A stretch of 64,000 nt of DNA from Lama guanicoe (lineage: Eukaryota): the NCBI GenBank assembly GCA_013239625.1, contig MU053652.1, positions 8,630,077 through 8,694,076 on the forward strand. The letters run 5' to 3'. The notes below the pieces were generated by a model. It did no database searches. It saw only the letters and a program-made list of their open reading frames with translations, and was not told where the DNA came from. Every line of letters begins with the position of its first letter. Within the stretch, counting starts at the first letter, position 1. This document shows, piece by piece, positions 61,765 through 64,000 of the stretch. The position numbers and the translations under genes were made by a program.

Positions 61765-64000
61765 CAGACTTAGTTCCTAATTGTTTATTGCTTTCAGACT
61801 TTTAGAAATGTATGGTCCACAAAACCTAATTCCCGTTTCTTCTGGTAGGTGGTCAGAACCACTTACTTTTACACAGCACACTTTTAAAGCAATTTGAAAA
61901 AGCTGATAAAAGGGATGGATATTTGCTTACAAGAGTAACCCTGTGATATTTAATACTTTTAGCTGATTATTGGGGTCATAATATCCTGAATCCTCTTTGC
62001 TTAAGACTAGAAAAAATTAAATACTCCCATTTCCCCTAATCTCTTTAGATAGAACGGGGCCAACTGATCATTATCGTAGTAGGATTTTACTTGTGTAATT
62101 GGTGGCGGTGGTTGATTCTAACTGTTTGTGGCAAACTGGTAGCAAGGTCTTCCTTGTTAAATATTTTTTAAATGATGTCATTTCCTGCTTGCAGAGTGTT
62201 TTCATGATTCTGATGTGAAGGTCTGCAGCTGAACAGGGCTTCCGTCTTGTGTTCTGAGTCCTCATCAGATGCTTGTGAACTCACTGTGTACGTGGGATGG
62301 TGCCACGAGGAACAGCATTTGAAAAGTATGGATAGGTTTGCTACTCTGTTTTGTTCATCAGATGCTATTAGAACTGTTGCACTGAAGAATAATGCAAGGA
62401 TGAAAACACAAATCCACTGTGATTACTTTGAGTGCCTCTGGCTTTATCCAGGTCAGCGTTTCTTTCCACTCTTCACGTGTAGCCCATGGCAAACTGCTGA
62501 ATCTGAAACATCTCAAACTCAGGTTCAAACATGCCATGTTTCCTCATCCCAAGCGTGGCTCTGTTTATTTATGTTCAGCTTTTTGATTTATAACCATGAG
62601 CCATGCCTTTTGCCTTCCCTGTCCGAACAATTACCTGGTACCACCACTTTCTCCATTCTGTTGCATTATCAGCTCCTGTCTTACTTCCACAACCATCGCT
62701 GTAGCTGGAGACTTCAGTACCTCTTATATGGAGCATGACAGTAACCTGCCACCCTCATCCCCCTTCCAATCGTACATGTTTTGTTGTCAGAGAAATATTA
62801 TTGAAGCACCACCGTGTTCTCATCATGACCCAACTTTAAATAGGAAAGAAAAAACAATGGCTTCTTTATCAATAGAATGAAGTTCATACCCCTTGGCTAA
62901 GCTTTTGACACCGGTGGCATTGACAGTCGGATCCCCACCTGCCTTGGTCTTCTTTCCCATGTTCATCCCCATGCCACAATTCTTGACACACCCCATGTTC
63001 CAGGTAAGCTGAGTTGCACCCTGGTTCTCATCCACACCTGTATTTTCTTGGATTTTTAATTTTGTCTCACTTTATTCTGTTGACTTGGCATTCCCTTCAC
63101 CATGCTGGAAGACTCAAGAGAAATTCCACCTCCACAGAGCCTTCCCTGCTCCTTCCTTCATTCATTTTTCTTAAATATTGCTGGGGAGGGGGAAGAATTC
63201 ACGAGGAATTTACAATTCCTTATCATACCCGGAAGCTTGTGATATTCCACTTTGTATTATAGAGATTTATGCATGCCTTTTTAAAAAATCGCATCATAAC
63301 AACTTGAGCATAGGATAAATATTTAATCTTTGTACCATAAATTGTATAGTAATATTTAATTTATTTCCTGTTGTGGGCACTGAGAGGTAGTGAGCAACTG
63401 AAAGACTGAAAGCAGAATGCAAGGGGGTTAAGTTGAACCTTGGGGTCAAACTACAGCATTCAGACCTGGCCCCGGAAAATTGCTTAACCGATCTGTGCAC
63501 CAGATTTTTCATCACTAGACTGGGATGATGATAACAACTATTCCATACGACTACTCTGAGGTTTAAATGCAATAATGTTTACAAAAAAACTTGGAACAGT
63601 TCCTGACATACGGTGCTGTATAAATTTAGCTCTTATTAGTCCTGAGGAGGCTAAAGTTCTAATCTGCTCTGACAAAAGTTCTCTAATATCACTGATAGTG
63701 TCTGTTTTATTTTATTTAGTGCTGAAAACTCTCAATTTCATCATTATTTCATTAATGTGAATGCTACTTTATTGAAGGAGATATAGTTAGTAAATAATTG
63801 CTTGGAAATGTTAGCTCATTACTTCTGTCTAGAAGATAAAATGTTACTACTAAGTGGAAAACGAAAGAAAATTACATAATGTATAAAATTTGCTAATTAT
63901 ACCTACCATTTTAGAGAATATGCCTGCATATTCTCCAGGCTATCAAAGTCCCGGGTTTTTATGTTTGAGGTTAAATTTCTTATGATCTTACTTTGGAACA

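Noticed and set aside
62247..62738. 163-aa ORF
   Set aside because: Non-ATG start, runs into an L2 remnant, and is not CAPS-like. No following CADPS2 exon was recognised in 52962-64000.
1..64000. CRISPR arrays, operons, rRNA or other prokaryotic-type systems
   Set aside because: The sequence is mammalian intronic DNA with no repeat-spacer array. The 42-bp duplication has only two adjacent units and no spacers.

Overview
This is mammalian genomic DNA, most likely from a camelid (alpaca or camel), judged from a tRNA-Ala(AGC)-derived vic-1-type SINE and artiodactyl-type L1 3' ends. The window appears to lie inside the CADPS2 (CAPS2) gene on the + strand. It holds one 333-nt internal coding exon (52629-52961), matching the 111-aa exon 3, and the long intron sequence on either side. 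Nested in the upstream intron, on the same strand, are two tandem intronless PA-TM-RING-H2 E3 ligase genes: RNF148 (30854-31765) and RNF133 (34336-35472). Each has its own promoter-like and poly(A) signals. The rest is ordinary intronic DNA rich in decayed transposons (L1, L2, MIR, MLT1, Tigger1, hAT/Charlie, an ERV1 solo LTR), several clearly nested. The gene arrangement is known from other mammals, and I found no convincing wholly new biological system. The most interesting observations are: a fossil coding tail in the RNF148 3' UTR; a tandem 3' splice site before RNF148 that would give either a stop or an in-frame CADPS2-RNF148 fusion; overlapping uORFs at both nested genes; repeated GTCACAA/CRE-type motifs upstream; a twin-primed inverted L1; multi-layer nested transposons; and a ~75-bp locally templated duplication. 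Repeat family names come from recall of consensus sequences, and repeat boundaries without TSD/TIR support are approximate.
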